A stretch of 64,000 bases of DNA, from the NCBI GenBank assembly GCA_045837725.1, contig JBEWZL010000282.1, positions 1 to 64,000 of the forward strand, given 5' to 3'. This DNA comes from Vermamoeba vermiformis (Eukaryota). The notes under the pieces were generated by a model. That model was not told the origin of the DNA. It was given only the letters and a program-made list of their open reading frames with translations, and ran no database searches. This document shows positions 52,064 to 64,000 of the stretch, in pieces; the stretch's first letter is position 1, and every line of letters begins with the position of its first letter. The position numbers were made by a program, and so were the translations under genes.

Positions 52064-54723
52064 ATGAAGCATATTATATTATTTAGTGCATTAGTGTTAT
52101 GCATCGCGCTCGTGGCTTGCCAGGAGCCTATTCAAGATCTGACACTTGGTCAGCTGGTTATGGTTCGAGATGTGGGCAAAAATGATGCCCTATTTTTCAA
52201 AGTTTTAGTTCAAAATACACCTGTAAGTACATGCTAATAATTTAATTAAATACCTCTACAGAGCCAAACGGCACATCCGCAGTGAAAGTTATTTTGTTCA
52301 TTGCTCGATTTTTATTTGATTTTTGCTTTAATATAATCATACTATTATTTAGCTATTTTTTGGTATTATTCTGTAAATAATTGAAAAAGCCTAGGAAAAT
52401 TATCTTTCACAAAATCGATAAAGAAAATCAGATCGAATAGTACCTCGTTTTAAATTGTGTACGAATGTTGTCGCGATACATTTTCTATCGAATTTTCAAT
52501 ACGAACTAGTACTCGAGCATTTACTAACGCGATCACCTACGATTTTGCGTATTTTCGGAGTATTCTTATTTAATCAATAGCTAATAATTCAATTAATAGG
52601 CTGCCGTTAATTATACTTCACCGTCAGTCGTATTCACCGTATTCAGCATTTCAAGCAATGTTGGCGCCCTTTACGCTTCGACCACCGAGAAATATCCTTC
52701 AACAAATACTAGCGAATGGAGTGCTTTATTTCCGATGAGTAAGTATTTAAATATACTTGTTTTAAGCCATATTATTGCATTTCCTTTTTAAAGTTGATTT
52801 TTAATGAACGTTACACGCGCTAGTACACGAGCTTAAATAACGTTCTATTACGCGGAAATTATCATTCAAATACTGACATAAAACCATTTTCACGAGGTAA
52901 AATACTGATGGCATTTAATTAACAGAGTCAAGCGACAATACTGATTTTTGGATCCCGTCATTTAATACCAATGAATCGAGCCTAACTATTTATTTCGCTG
53001 TTTATTGCACCAACTCCAAGGCCAGTTTGTTGACTATCGAAGCTCAAATTCCTCAGAGTAAGTTATTATCCAACAATACTAACCGTTTCTACTGCCGCGG
53101 AATATTATTGCGACTTTTCTTTTTTTGGCTTTTGGCAGATCTGTTCAGAAAGAGAATTGCATGATTTCATTACAGTAGCCTACAATACTAACGACTGTAA
53201 TCAGATTTCACGCAGTATCAAATCGAAGAGAAAAAATATGAAATTACAACCACAGGTACGAAATGGATCCGTTACACGGTGTTATTCGTTCGTTGTTAAC
53301 GAATTTTTTCTTCGAATTAGTCGGTGCTTATGAACGCAAGTGGTATTATATGGATCAATCGAACGCTGATTTCTTCGTACAAATGGAGCTTTGCAACTTG
53401 GATCAAATGCTCGTCAACTTCGCGGTCAAACAGCCTGACGCTGATTCAGAGCTGTCTGAAGCTGAGTGCATTGATCATCCTGACATTGTGCCACTCGGTG
53501 TAAGTACTAAAGGAATAATAAGAGTAGCCTATTCTCTTACATATACTTACTATAATCGTACAACTTACTAATATAGTAATACGTTTTATAAGACTTCCGT
53601 TGGTACTTTCGGTCCCAATACGCGATTCAATCTCTCGTACACTGTCTGCCCGCGTGTCATGTAAGAATATTTTTCGAAGCCGTTGATGCAGCCCGGCCTT
53701 GTGACCTTCAATCCCTTCGATTGTAATTAACCTTGTTTTTCACTTTTAGGATTTTGGCGCACAAGTCTGCCACGCAAATGTACTATTACAGCGTGTACGG
53801 ACAACGACCCACCACTGACACCGATGTCTCGCGATTCAGATTGACTTTGGTTAGAAATACTGGTACGTGCCATCTGCCAATAATATCATTAAGTGATGGT
53901 ATTTTAACGTTTCTTTGCACGTACAGCTCCTCGCTTGAACGACAACTACCTGCGTGAAAGTGAAGTTTTGCCTCTGCGTATTGGCGATGACTTGCTGTTG
54001 TCTTTTGTGCCTGGAAGTGACTTGGCGAAGAAGTACGTACCATATTAATGCCATAAGGTAGACTTTTTAATTTCGGATCTAATGTTTTTTCGCGTGCTCA
54101 GCTATTCCCTGTACACGTCGCTCAATCAAGGAAATTTCACCAAGGATCAAATAACAGACATGACAAGCACCATGAACAAGATGAATTTGATGAACAGCGC
54201 GTGCTTCTTATCAAACTACGCGTCGTCATTCTCGTATTCACCGACTCGTGAAATCGCATCTGGATCAGATCGCGTCGGTTACAAGGTGTTGACAAATCTC
54301 TACCGCAACCAAAAGTACTTCCAAGATAACAGCACCTTCGAGGTCAACATTATGGCTAATTATGACGGTAAGTATTCATATACTAGAGTAACGGATCCAC
54401 CCACAACCACCTGGATCCAAACAGAGAAATCTTTTATATTGCAAAGGACCTTTATTCGTATACTTTGAAGTAATTTATGAAAATCGAAATGTACGAAGCT
54501 AACGGCGTTGATTGATGTAGGCTACAGTCTGATGTATCGCGCCACCATTATTCCGACCGAATCTACCGGATGGACCTTCCAAATGATCTTTGGTATTTGG
54601 CCAGTTAGTGCTATTGCTATTAGCGTTACTCTTGGCATTATTATCCTCACTCTACTGCTCGTCATTTTGTACTTGGTGTTGATCAAGTACCGCAAGAGAA
54701 ATGTTTACGAATCGGTGCATTAA
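52064..54723 (+). CDS. Type I membrane glycoprotein of unknown function
   Basis: Signal peptide MKHIILFSALVLCIALVAC, multi-exon ectodomain with NxS/T sites, C-terminal TM helix and tail KYRKRNVYESVH carrying a YxxPhi motif. Confidence 0.7.
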
Positions 54724-55500
54724 ATAGAGCAACACATGTACAGTTTATAAACCATAGCAATTTTCGTTAAAATCATGCAATGGAGCGGCAATTCATGATA
54801 CGGCCTCGAAGTGAGATAGTAATGTGGTAAGACCAAATCCAAGGACTTGCGCTTGACGTCTTTTACGTAATATTCGAATTTAGGTTCTATAAATTTATAC
54901 TTATTGTTATGCATTGTTCATCCAATAGAATTTTCTTTGGGCTGACGAAAAAATAATAATCTTTATTTATTCCTTATTTTATTGGCCCTTCTAACTAACC
55001 TTATAATTAATTAACCAATACAATAGCGTACTACTATTATAACAAAATTTTTGGTGTAGGTCAAACGCTATCACCGGTTAGCTTGACCAACCTAGATCGA
55101 TCATTGACGGTTCATAGGCCACGGCGTAAGTAATGGCAATTGCTCGTGCGCTTTAAAACATGATCTTAGAATTCATTCGCAACATCTACGCTAAGATTCT
55201 ACAATTAACCGTCCTCAGCTTATCCAGGATATCCATCATTTTTATCATTTTACAGTGGATATTGAATCAACACAATCAAATAGAAGGCACTGTAACCGTC
55301 AATCAAGTCCAAGAAACCTAAAAGGTCTTGTTGCCACAAGATCCGAACTGGAATTCCAGCCACCGCCGAGAATGCGAGCAGAATAAGCACAGATTATTCG
55401 CTTCCGCTCCGTTTGAGCGCTAACACCAAGTTTAGACCAGAATCGCGTTCGATGAAAGACCGCTGAAAATTCATTGAAATTTGGGCAGGATCTGTACCGA

Positions 55501-55545
55501 TTCTCAGGTCCTGAGAACGAGAAAATCAGAATGCAGTATCAGAAT
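55501..55545 (+). promoter_or_regulatory. Candidate regulatory element upstream of Hsp70
   Basis: Perfect inverted repeat TTCTCAGG-T-CCTGAGAA (55501-55517) followed by further AGAA units, about 140 bp before the ATG. Not a canonical nGAAnnTTCn array. Confidence 0.3.
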
Positions 55546-55656
55546 AACGCCAGATATAGCAACTACTTATTTGGCTGCTGTAAATCCAATTTCAATTCAA
55601 TTATTTGAATCAGAGTATTACCTCAACTCAATAACATCGAATCCAACACCCTCAAC

Positions 55657-57567
55657 ATGATCGGAAACAGCAGAGCTATTGGCATTGATCTTGGCACGAC
55701 CTATTCTTGCGTTGCAGTATGGCGCAATGGTCGTGTTGAGATCATCCCGAATGATCAAGGAAATCGCACGACGCCTTCTTATGTTGCCTTCACTGACTCT
55801 GAAAGACTCATTGGAGATGGTGCCAAGAACCAGGTGGCCATGAATCCCGAGAACACGATCTTCGACTCCAAGCGACTCATTGGACGTAAGTTTTCTGAGC
55901 CCGTTGTTCAAGAAGATATGAAGCACTGGCCCTTCAAAGTCGTTTCTAAGCCCGGCGACAAGCCCTACATCCGCGTCAATTACAAGGGCCAAGAACACGA
56001 CTTTGCGCCCGAAGAAATCTCTTCTATGGTCTTGCTGAAGATGAAGGAAACCGCTGAAGCTTTTCTCGGCCACCCTGTTACTGACGCTGTAATCACGGTC
56101 CCCGCTTACTTCAATGACTCGCAACGATTGGCTACGAAAGATGCAGGCACGCTCGCTGGATTGAACGTGATTCGCACCATCAACGAACCCACTGCTGCTG
56201 CTCTGGCTTACGGACTCGACAAGACCAAAGAAGGCGAGCAAAACATCTTGATCTTCGATCTCGGCGGCGGTACCTTCGATGTAACGCTGTTGACTTTGGA
56301 TGAAGGTGTTTTTGAAGTTCGCGCCACTGGTGGAAACACGCATCTGGGCGGAGAAGATTTTGACAACCGACTCGTCAACCATTTGCTTCGAGAATTCAAG
56401 ACAAAGCATAAGATGGATCCCTCTACTAACTCCAAGGCTATTCGTCGCTTGCGCACTGCTTGTGAGAAAGCCAAGAGAACACTTTCTGCTTCGCCAGTTG
56501 CCTCGATCGAGATCGACGCGTTCTTCCAAGGCGTAGATTTCTACACCCAAATAACCCGTGCCCGGTTCGAAGAGCTCTGCAGTGACCTGTTTAAACAATG
56601 CTTGGAACCTGTCGAGCAAGTGATCCGAGATGCGAGAATGGACAAATCCAAGATCAAAGAAGTCATCCTGGTCGGCGGTTCTACACGCATTCCGAAGGTC
56701 CAACAACTTCTTTCAGACTTCTTTGGTGGCAAGGAGCTCAACAGATCCATCAATCCTGACGAAGCCGTTGCTTATGGTGCTGCAGTCCAAGCTGCGATCT
56801 TGAAGGCCGAGAAAGACGAGAAATTGGACCCTGTCATTCTCGTTGACGTTGCTTCACTCTCTTTAGGCGTTGAGACCGCAGGTGGTGCCATGACAACGAT
56901 AATTCCTCGTCAGACCAACATTCCTGTAGCCAAATCCGAGATCTTTACCACCCATACTGACTACCAACGAGCTGTTACCATCAAAGTCTACGAAGGCGAA
57001 CGACCTCTCACTCGCGACAACCACTTGCTTGGTACCTTCGAATTGACCGACATTCCTCCTGCTCCACGCGGTGTGCCGCAGATCAAGGTAACTTTCGATG
57101 TCGACACTGACGGCGTGGTCACTGTTACTGCTGAAGATGTGGCCACTAAAAACGCTAAGAAGATCACCGTCAACAATGAGCGCAATAGATTGACGCCCGC
57201 TGAAATTGAAGCCATGCTCGCTAAAGCCGCATCCATGAAGGAAGAAGACGACAAACTCCGCAAGAAGATTGAAGCTAAGAACAAACTGGAGTCTTTCGTA
57301 TATGGCGTCAAGAGCAGCTTGAACGAAGATCACGTCAAGACTAAGCTTACTGAAGAAGAGCGAAAGCGCGTACTGGATGCCGTCGAAGAGTGCTTGCAAT
57401 GGATGGAGGCCCGAGCTGATGCTACTGAGCAAGAAATCGAAGATAAAAAGAAACAAGTTGAAGCTGTAGTCAATCCTGTATTCACTAAGCTCTACCAGCA
57501 AGGTGGTCCGGGATCGACTCCAGCAGCCGGATCTCCTGGTCCTACCGTCGAAGAAGTCGATGACTAA
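55657..57567 (+). CDS. HSP70: Cytosolic Hsp70, intronless
   Basis: [32 protein letters not shown] and [10 protein letters not shown]-terminus GPTVEEVDD. Confidence 0.98.
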   Translation: MIGNSRAIGIDLGTTYSCVAVWRNGRVEIIPNDQGNRTTPSYVAFTDSERLIGDGAKNQVAMNPENTIFDSKRLIGRKFSEPVVQEDMKHWPFKVVSKPGDKPYIRVNYKGQEHDFAPEEISSMVLLKMKETAEAFLGHPVTDAVITVPAYFNDSQRLATKDAGTLAGLNVIRTINEPTAAALAYGLDKTKEGEQNILIFDLGGGTFDVTLLTLDEGVFEVRATGGNTHLGGEDFDNRLVNHLLREFKTKHKMDPSTNSKAIRRLRTACEKAKRTLSASPVASIEIDAFFQGVDFYTQITRARFEELCSDLFKQCLEPVEQVIRDARMDKSKIKEVILVGGSTRIPKVQQLLSDFFGGKELNRSINPDEAVAYGAAVQAAILKAEKDEKLDPVILVDVASLSLGVETAGGAMTTIIPRQTNIPVAKSEIFTTHTDYQRAVTIKVYEGERPLTRDNHLLGTFELTDIPPAPRGVPQIKVTFDVDTDGVVTVTAEDVATKNAKKITVNNERNRLTPAEIEAMLAKAASMKEEDDKLRKKIEAKNKLESFVYGVKSSLNEDHVKTKLTEEERKRVLDAVEECLQWMEARADATEQEIEDKKKQVEAVVNPVFTKLYQQGGPGSTPAAGSPGPTVEEVDD

Positions 57568-57712
57568 GTGTAAATGGTCTAATTATAGATGATAGCCTTG
57601 ATATTCATTCGAAATTTTAATAAATGTTTTTTCTCATATTGTTCTTGTGGTTGTTCATCGTTTGTTGTGCACTACTACGGTATTAACAATACTAATTTTT
57701 TATCGATAAAAT

Positions 57713-59143
57713 ATGGCGCAAAAGAGTGTTATCCTCGTCACTGGAGCAACAGGCCAGATTGGATCGGAACTCGTGCCTGCTTTGCGAAAAATCTATGGAA
57801 ATGAGAATGTAAGTATATTTATAAATTTATTATTAATTACTCGAATAATTGCACAATAAAGAAATATTAATCGATGTAAGTAAGATCAAATCCATTATTA
57901 ATTTTTTAAATTATACAGGTCATTGCAGGATACAATAAGACACCTCCCACGAAAGTACTCTTGGTATGCAAATATTTAGATAATATTATTATATTTTATC
58001 TGGACTACTAGCAACGCACACAATTCGATCTCATTTCGCCTAATAATATTTTTATTAGGAAGGTCCTTGCGAGAAATTAGACGTGCAATTTAAAGATGCC
58101 ATTGTCGATATTGTCAAGAAATACAACGTAGACGTGATTTATCATTTGGCTTCGTTATTGTCAGCTACATCCGAACAACTTCCGGGCTTGGCTTGGGATC
58201 TTAACCTCGTTTCACTGAAACACGTTCTTGAAATCGCCAAAGAATTCAAAATTAAGAAGGTACGAGATATTCAACGCTGTTTTAAGTCAGGAATTTTATC
58301 TTTTGGATCCGGTTACTTCACGATAAATTTGACCAATTATATAAAGCGTTTAGTACTTAATAATGCATAATAGGTATTCTGGCCGTCGTCTATTGGTGCA
58401 TTTGGACCGACAACACCACGTGACAATACGCCACAGCGCACTGTCCTCGAGCCAACCTCACTCTACGGCGTTACTAAAGTCGCCGGAGAATTGTTGTGCA
58501 ACTATTTTTTCACTCGCCACGGCGTTGATGTGCGTAGTTTGAGGTACGTCATAAACCATTTTAATATCCATTTGGCTCGTGATCGCTGACACGTGTCACA
58601 AAATTGATCGCGAAAACTGATCTGTCGAATTAGATCTGTATCTCTTTCGCCCTTGATCTACGTATCATTCTAATAATATTATATTATAGGTACCCTGGTA
58701 TTATTAGTATCGAAACTATGCCTGGCGGTGGCACCACAGATTATTCCGTTGCGATTTTTTACGACGCGATCCAAAAGGGAGTTTACACTTGCTACTTAAA
58801 GCCCGAGACTTATTTGCCTATGATGTACATGCCTGATGCCATTCACGCTGCAATTAGCTTGATGGACGCGCCGAGTGAAAAATTGACAGTGCGAACCAGC
58901 TATAATTTGACAGCGTTCAGTTTCACGCCAGAAATGATCACGAAAGAATTGCAAAAACATGCGCCGGGGCTTAAAGTCGATTATTCGATCGATCCAGTGC
59001 GCCAATCGATTGCTGACAGCTGGCCTGACAGCATTGATGACTCGCAAGCCCAACTTGATTGGCAATGGAAGCCTCAGTACTCGTTTGAACTCATGGTGAA
59101 AGATTGCTACGAGAAGCTGCGTGCAAGATTGACTTCCAAATAA
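57713..59143 (+). CDS. TDH: L-threonine 3-dehydrogenase (extended SDR type)
   Basis: ILVTGATGQIGSEL, YHLASLLSA, WPSSIGAFG, LYGVTK, RYPGII, PGGGTTDY, LPMMYMPD and RQSIADSWP. Confidence 0.92.
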
Positions 59144-59234
59144 AGTAAGTCCAAATTTGGCGATAGTTTTTCAGTCCTTCAAAAACTTTTCAATTAACCA
59201 ACAATTTTATTTACAATTAACGTTGCTAAGTAAG

Positions 59235-59573
59235 CTATTTACAAGTGTTAAATTTTGATTTGAAGAATTTCGTTGAGGATCTTTGATAAGTGCGCGAGAA
59301 AGAATTATTCTTCGAGCGGGATCTGCCATAAGAATTGTCGATGTAATTCTTTTCTCTTTTCGCCTTCGTCTTGTTGCTTCTCTTGACTCTTCTCGGTGCA
59401 TGCTTAGCTGCGTTGAAAAGTTCTAAGAAATCTGGTTGCCAATACCAGCCTGATAGCGGAAACAAGTCATGGAAAAAAACCGGTTGCAACATATTCGATT
59501 TGCATTGTCTTACAGGCCAAATGAATTCATTGCCGTAGATTTCAATGTTAAATATTTGCACCTGCCCGCTCAT
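59235..59573 (-). CDS. Short basic hypothetical protein (paralogue of 61662-62108)
   Basis: Intronless 112-aa ORF whose C-terminal half aligns with the ORF at 61662. Confidence 0.4.
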   Translation of the reverse strand: MSGQVQIFNIEIYGNEFIWPVRQCKSNMLQPVFFHDLFPLSGWYWQPDFLELFNAAKHAPRRVKRSNKTKAKREKNYIDNSYGRSRSKNNSFSRTYQRSSTKFFKSKFNTCK

Positions 59574-59735
59574 TCGTGATGTTCTATGTTGATTTTCAAA
59601 CTAATTAGTGCGAATCTGCATTCATCGGATTTATTTCATTCAAATTTCCTCTAAAGTTCTAATTCTTTTTCTTTCAATCGTTAAGTTTGCGTATTCTCCA
59701 CATAAAGAATATAATTTGGGTAATTACAAGTATTG

Positions 59736-61410
59736 TTATTGTTTTCTGTTGAAGATTGACTTGGCGAGTGGTTCAAACGACTCCAGTCCTGGATAACGCA
59801 CTTGGCTGAAAATTGAAAGCCAAATCTCGCGAGGAAGTCGATGGAACAAATCACTTCGTGCAACAATGTGAAGAACCAAGGCAGTGTCTTCGTATCGTTG
59901 TTTTTGCAATTCGTAATTGCGTTGTGAAAATACATTGCTGTTCTGGACATCAAATAGGTTCACTCTCAACAATGCAAAGTTATTTTCTAACGCTTTTTTC
60001 ACGGTTTTCTGCAATTCTTCGTCAAGTCTAGCGTGAAGGTTCAATTCTCGCAGATTTGAATTGGTGCTGATTATCTCGATTAAGTCTTCTGAAGTCATTG
60101 AATAAGTTGAAAGTGATCGTAGCGTAGTGTTTTGTTTCAGTACATTAGCGAAGGAAAGCGGAAAGTCATTAAAGATGTAGATCTCGAAACGTGTCAAAGT
60201 GTCATTCACCATCAACGCTTGTTCGATTGATTGTACACTTTCCAACGATGATCTTCCACTAAGCCAGAGACTTTTGAGTGTCTTATTTTGGCAAAGCAAA
60301 TTGCTTAATGCCTGTGAAATGGTGGTTCGGGTGAGTGTCAGATTCGTGATGGATGCGTTTCCCGCGAGTGCCAATAGTAAATCTTCGTGGCTAGAGTTTG
60401 GCGTTATCATCGAAACGTTAACTAATTCGAATTTGTGAATAGTTTGAGTAGTCTTCAAGAACTGAAATAGCGGATCTGCTGATCCTTCAATCGTCAATCC
60501 TTTCAATACCAGACTCGTCACAGAAGTATTGACCAATAACGCGTCAAAAAATCCTTTCAACAATTCGGTGGAAAGATTCACTGAGTCAAGTTGTATTTCT
60601 TTAAGGGTCGTGTTGTGCTTGATTCCGTTGCCAAGTGTTGCGATATCGTGAAGGCGTGGATCTCGGCTTCGACCGAAGATGTGAGGAGGCCCGTTGATAA
60701 CAATCTTTGTTACTGAACGATTGTGCTTGAGACCTTCTGCCATAGACATCATATCTTGGGTCGAGCGAATGCAATGAGTGTTGATTTCAGTCATGACTTC
60801 ATTGCTCGGTCAAAAAGTTGAAAAATCCAACTGCTGCATTTTCATCAAGAACAATCGGAATATGAATGCCTTCATATGAAACTTCATTCAATGTTAATTT
60901 TTTGATGGACTTGTTGCGCGCAAGAGCCTTCGAGAGTTGTTTCCAGTCTTCGTAGATCGAGTTAGATTTGGCCTCGCGATCCAAGGTTGCCCTCAACTCC
61001 GTGATTGAAGTGTTATTTGCAATACCCTCATAGAGATGGGTATGATTTCCAGAATAAGACGTAATGTCGAGTGTTTTGAGAGCGGATGTGTGAGACAGGA
61101 CTTCGCCAAAGCTTTTGTATTCGTCATGGAAAGTACCATAATTTAGGAGTGAAAGAGTTTCGATTATATTTTCATTTGTTTGTAGTTTCTGCAAGAGCCA
61201 TTCTGAAAAACGAGGCTCATCTGCGATCTCAAGCAAACCAAATTGTTCCTGAATTATTTCTGACTGCCGAAAAAAATTGAGCGCTTCTTCGCTACCAACT
61301 CCGTCAATTTTCTGAATGAATTAAGGTTAATTAAGATTTTTCGGATATTTTTTAAAGTATTGTTTCCTCACCAGTAATGGCGTTAAGCCCACCCTGATCT
61401 CAATATTCAT
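59736..61410 (-). CDS. RNI-like LRR protein with C-terminal F-box-like motif
   Basis: Repeated LxxNxTLxxLxL units; tail LFHRLPREIWLSIFSQV. ORFs 60799-61236 and 59736-60794 join through a 1-nt frameshift at ~60808. The 5' exon is uncertain. Confidence 0.7.
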
Positions 61411-61661
61411 TTCGCTCGCTGTTTTTTTACAACGCTATTTTCTCTATGATATGTGGTTGTGGTATTCAGTTGGTGGAAGTCCGTGACATGCGTGTCACAC
61501 TGACATTTCATTTTCTAGATCCCTTGATGCATGCGGGATTCAAACAAGTGACCAATGTTTATCTTTGTCGAACATTAATTATATGATTATTACATTTTAC
61601 TGGAGATACGACTGTTTTTTTAACAAGGAAATTGACGTTATTGCTTCACCGCTTAAGGAAG

Positions 61662-62108
61662 CTATTTACAAGGGTTGTATTTTGTTTTGCAGAACTTTTT
61701 CGATGGTCTCCGAGGCACAGGGTTGACTTGGTAGCGACGTTGCTCGTTTGATCGGCGAGAAGAATTGAACAAATTCTTATTCTTATTGTTCTCCGCTTTG
61801 GACCGATTTCTTCGTTGTTCTCGTCTCGTTGCCTGCTTCGCTTCGTTGTAGAGCTCGACAAAGTCTTTAGACTTAGTCCGTAGTGCAAACTCGCGACAGA
61901 CTTTCTCTAATATCAGTTCCATTCGGTAGCGCAGCGGATCTCTTCTTTCAAGATCACTAGTTTTGTATTGCCGTTTCTTTGACAACATCATTTCATGGTG
62001 CCGGAACCAGAAAGAAAACTGAACGAACCTTAGCCGCTGTGTTCGAAGCTTCTCAGTCTCAATTCGAAGAGAATCTATGTTTAATTGAGTGGTGGGTAAC
62101 TTGGGCAT
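61662..62108 (-). CDS. Short basic hypothetical protein (paralogue of 59235-59573)
   Basis: Intronless ORF from MPKLPTTQ. DFVELYNEAK...KFCKTKYNPCK* versus DFLELFNAAK...KFFKSKFNTCK*. Confidence 0.45.
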   Translation of the reverse strand: MPKLPTTQLNIDSLRIETEKLRTQRLRFVQFSFWFRHHEMMLSKKRQYKTSDLERRDPLRYRMELILEKVCREFALRTKSKDFVELYNEAKQATRREQRRNRSKAENNKNKNLFNSSRRSNEQRRYQVNPVPRRPSKKFCKTKYNPCK

Positions 62109-62358
62109 TTGTGGTGTTGCTGTTCTTGGACTCTTTGTAGTCTGTTTTAAAAAAAAATGAACTTTTTTTGTTTGTCCGTCGAACAACTACGACAAGAATG
62201 CACTTAATTCTTCTCTAATTTAATTCTTGAGCATATTAAGAATTGAAATTGCACAAATGGGTACTGTCAGGTGATTCATTTAGGCGACATCGCGTGATCC
62301 ACACAGAAAAACGAGTGTCAACAAATGAATATCCTTATTAAACAAATTTTCAGTACAT

Positions 62359-63117
62359 ATGCAACGCATTGTCACCGAAGCAATGAAAAGACAGACAAAA
62401 ACGGCTTCGGCAATTAAATCCAGCAAACCGATCCGAAAGAAATTGCCGCCTTTCAATTACGGGAAAGATTTCAAGGCCATTGATGTTAGAAAAAATCCAG
62501 AAGAATATCAAGTAGGAAAAGGTAATTATAAATCAGATTTCTCGCGTTCATATGAAAATAATTTTAGGTTGCAAACTGGAATACTGATCTGATCTTTCTT
62601 TAGGAGAGCAAGGCGTGCTTTTAGTCGAGCCCTATAAATCAGAAATATGCCAATATTGGCGATTTAAGACGCCCGAGATCGCCGAGAACTCAGCGAAGAA
62701 GATCTACTCGATGTTTTTGGATTACAAATCGAAAAATGACTTTGTAGGCAAGCATTCAGCCAATAAGTCCAAAATTATTGCCGTATGAATAATATATATG
62801 CATTATTAGGAATGGATATGGCTAGGAAATTCTTACAAATGGGATACACGCGCTCGCGACGTTACGCGAACCATAAGACCGGCAGAAAATGGTCGGATCC
62901 GAAGGAAAAAGGGAGTGATGACGAGTTTAAGGAGCATACAATACCTAACAAGATCGCAAAATCCAAGAAAGAACGTCAAAGCCAAGAATTGTTGCCGAAA
63001 GATGAAGATCCGATAAAAGCCGCCAGCGCTCGAGTATTTTACGGCTATTATTTGCAAGCGAGAGAAGACGACGAATATAAAAAGAAAAAGAAGGAGCATC
63101 AAGATCGTTATGGTTAA
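62359..63117 (+). CDS. DUF4385 family protein
   Basis: YQVGKGEQGVLLVEPYKSEI, WRFKTPEIA and DFVGMDMARKFLQMGYTRSRRYANHK across 3 exons. Confidence 0.85.
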
Positions 63118-63335
63118 CTGATCTGTCTTTTTTGATTAGGATAAACTAAAAACGATATTGCTAGCAATCTAATTTGAATTTTTTGATAGCTATTTATACG
63201 ATCAAGTTATCCATCTGTTCTAGGACCTCGTACAAATATGATCAAAATAGGATGAAAAACAAGTAAAGACAGCCGTTTAAAATGGATGAGATCCGGTCAA
63301 ACTTTGGTCAAACCAAAGAATTTATGGTAGCTAGG

Positions 63336-64000
63336 TTAAGTTTGAGTGGTGCAAGAATTGAATGCGGTCTCTTTGACCAAACACTCTCTGTACCACAACT
63401 GATGCTTCACTGGTCCACTGTTGTTCGGTACGGCGAGTGTGGTTGAGGACTGAGGTGCGACAAGTTGCGTGCCAGTCGCGGCAGACACGACACGATGCGT
63501 GAAATCAGTCGTCAAGTCAGCTGTCAGAGAACATTAGAAAGAGCTTTTTTACAAACTTAGGGCCTTACTTCTAGCGGTCGTTGTCTTAATTGTGAAGTCG
63601 CTAGTTTGGCCACTTGAGCATTGCGTTGGCTCTTGAACTGTCACTTCCACTTCAGGACCGAGAACAACTTGACATCCTCCCCAGTTGCGAATCAGTGACA
63701 GTTGATCGGCGTTCAGATCTGATTTTGACATTTTGACACTTAGATCAAAGTAAGAGCGGATAGTACAAACTTACCATGGAAGATGTAAGCGGGTTCTGAA
63801 TCGATTTCTGCGGCGTTCTTCAGCGCCATTGTCAAATTAACGCCGTACGAAGTGATGTACATGAGAGCCATCGCTTGACCAGCCTGAAGCGTCGTGTAAT
63901 ACGCTGGCGAAACCGAAAAATCATTACCGATTAACGGTGAAATTTTGCTCTTCTTAATATCTCGCCCTTTGGGTCCTAATAATTTTTTTGTTAGAATCGT
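63336..64000 (-). CDS. 3' end of a spliced gene of unknown function (partial)
   Basis: Three exons splice in frame: YYTTLQAGQAMALMY.../...NWGGCQVVLGPEV.../TDLTTDF...CTTQT*. Confidence 0.6.

Noticed and set aside
55618-57501. Long antisense ORFs (362 aa and 212 aa) opposite Hsp70
   Set aside because: Well-known shadow ORFs produced by Hsp70 codon bias; no independent coding signal.

Overview
Gene-dense, intron-rich eukaryotic nuclear DNA with short GT-AG introns and clear CTAAC/CTGAC-type branch points. It most resembles a free-living protist, probably amoebozoan (inference). About 25 genes can be traced by hand-splicing: PARP1, OHCU decarboxylase, a bacterial-type HDAH deacetylase, an EBP/EXPERA protein, a DUF4359-like protein, an NDUFAF7-like methyltransferase, a GH20 hexosaminidase, two DH-PH-MORN RhoGEFs (one with a cNMP-GRAM-cNMP tail), an F-box/LRR protein, a divergent pair of S41 peptidases, a Crinkler-like REase-kinase pseudogene, an LRR surface protein built from repeat-sized exons, two F-box/ankyrin paralogues, mL40, an intronless Hsp70, TDH and DUF4385. 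The most striking non-gene signals are a structured hairpin array at 330-1050 and two CpG-depleted islands in an otherwise CpG-rich window. One island invades the 3' end of PARP1 and the other covers the Crinkler-like pseudogene, which suggests targeted 5mC silencing. Several 1-nt frameshifts in otherwise intact genes probably reflect assembly error. Coordinates of spliced genes are start-to-stop spans read by eye, and family assignments come from remembered motifs, not database searches.
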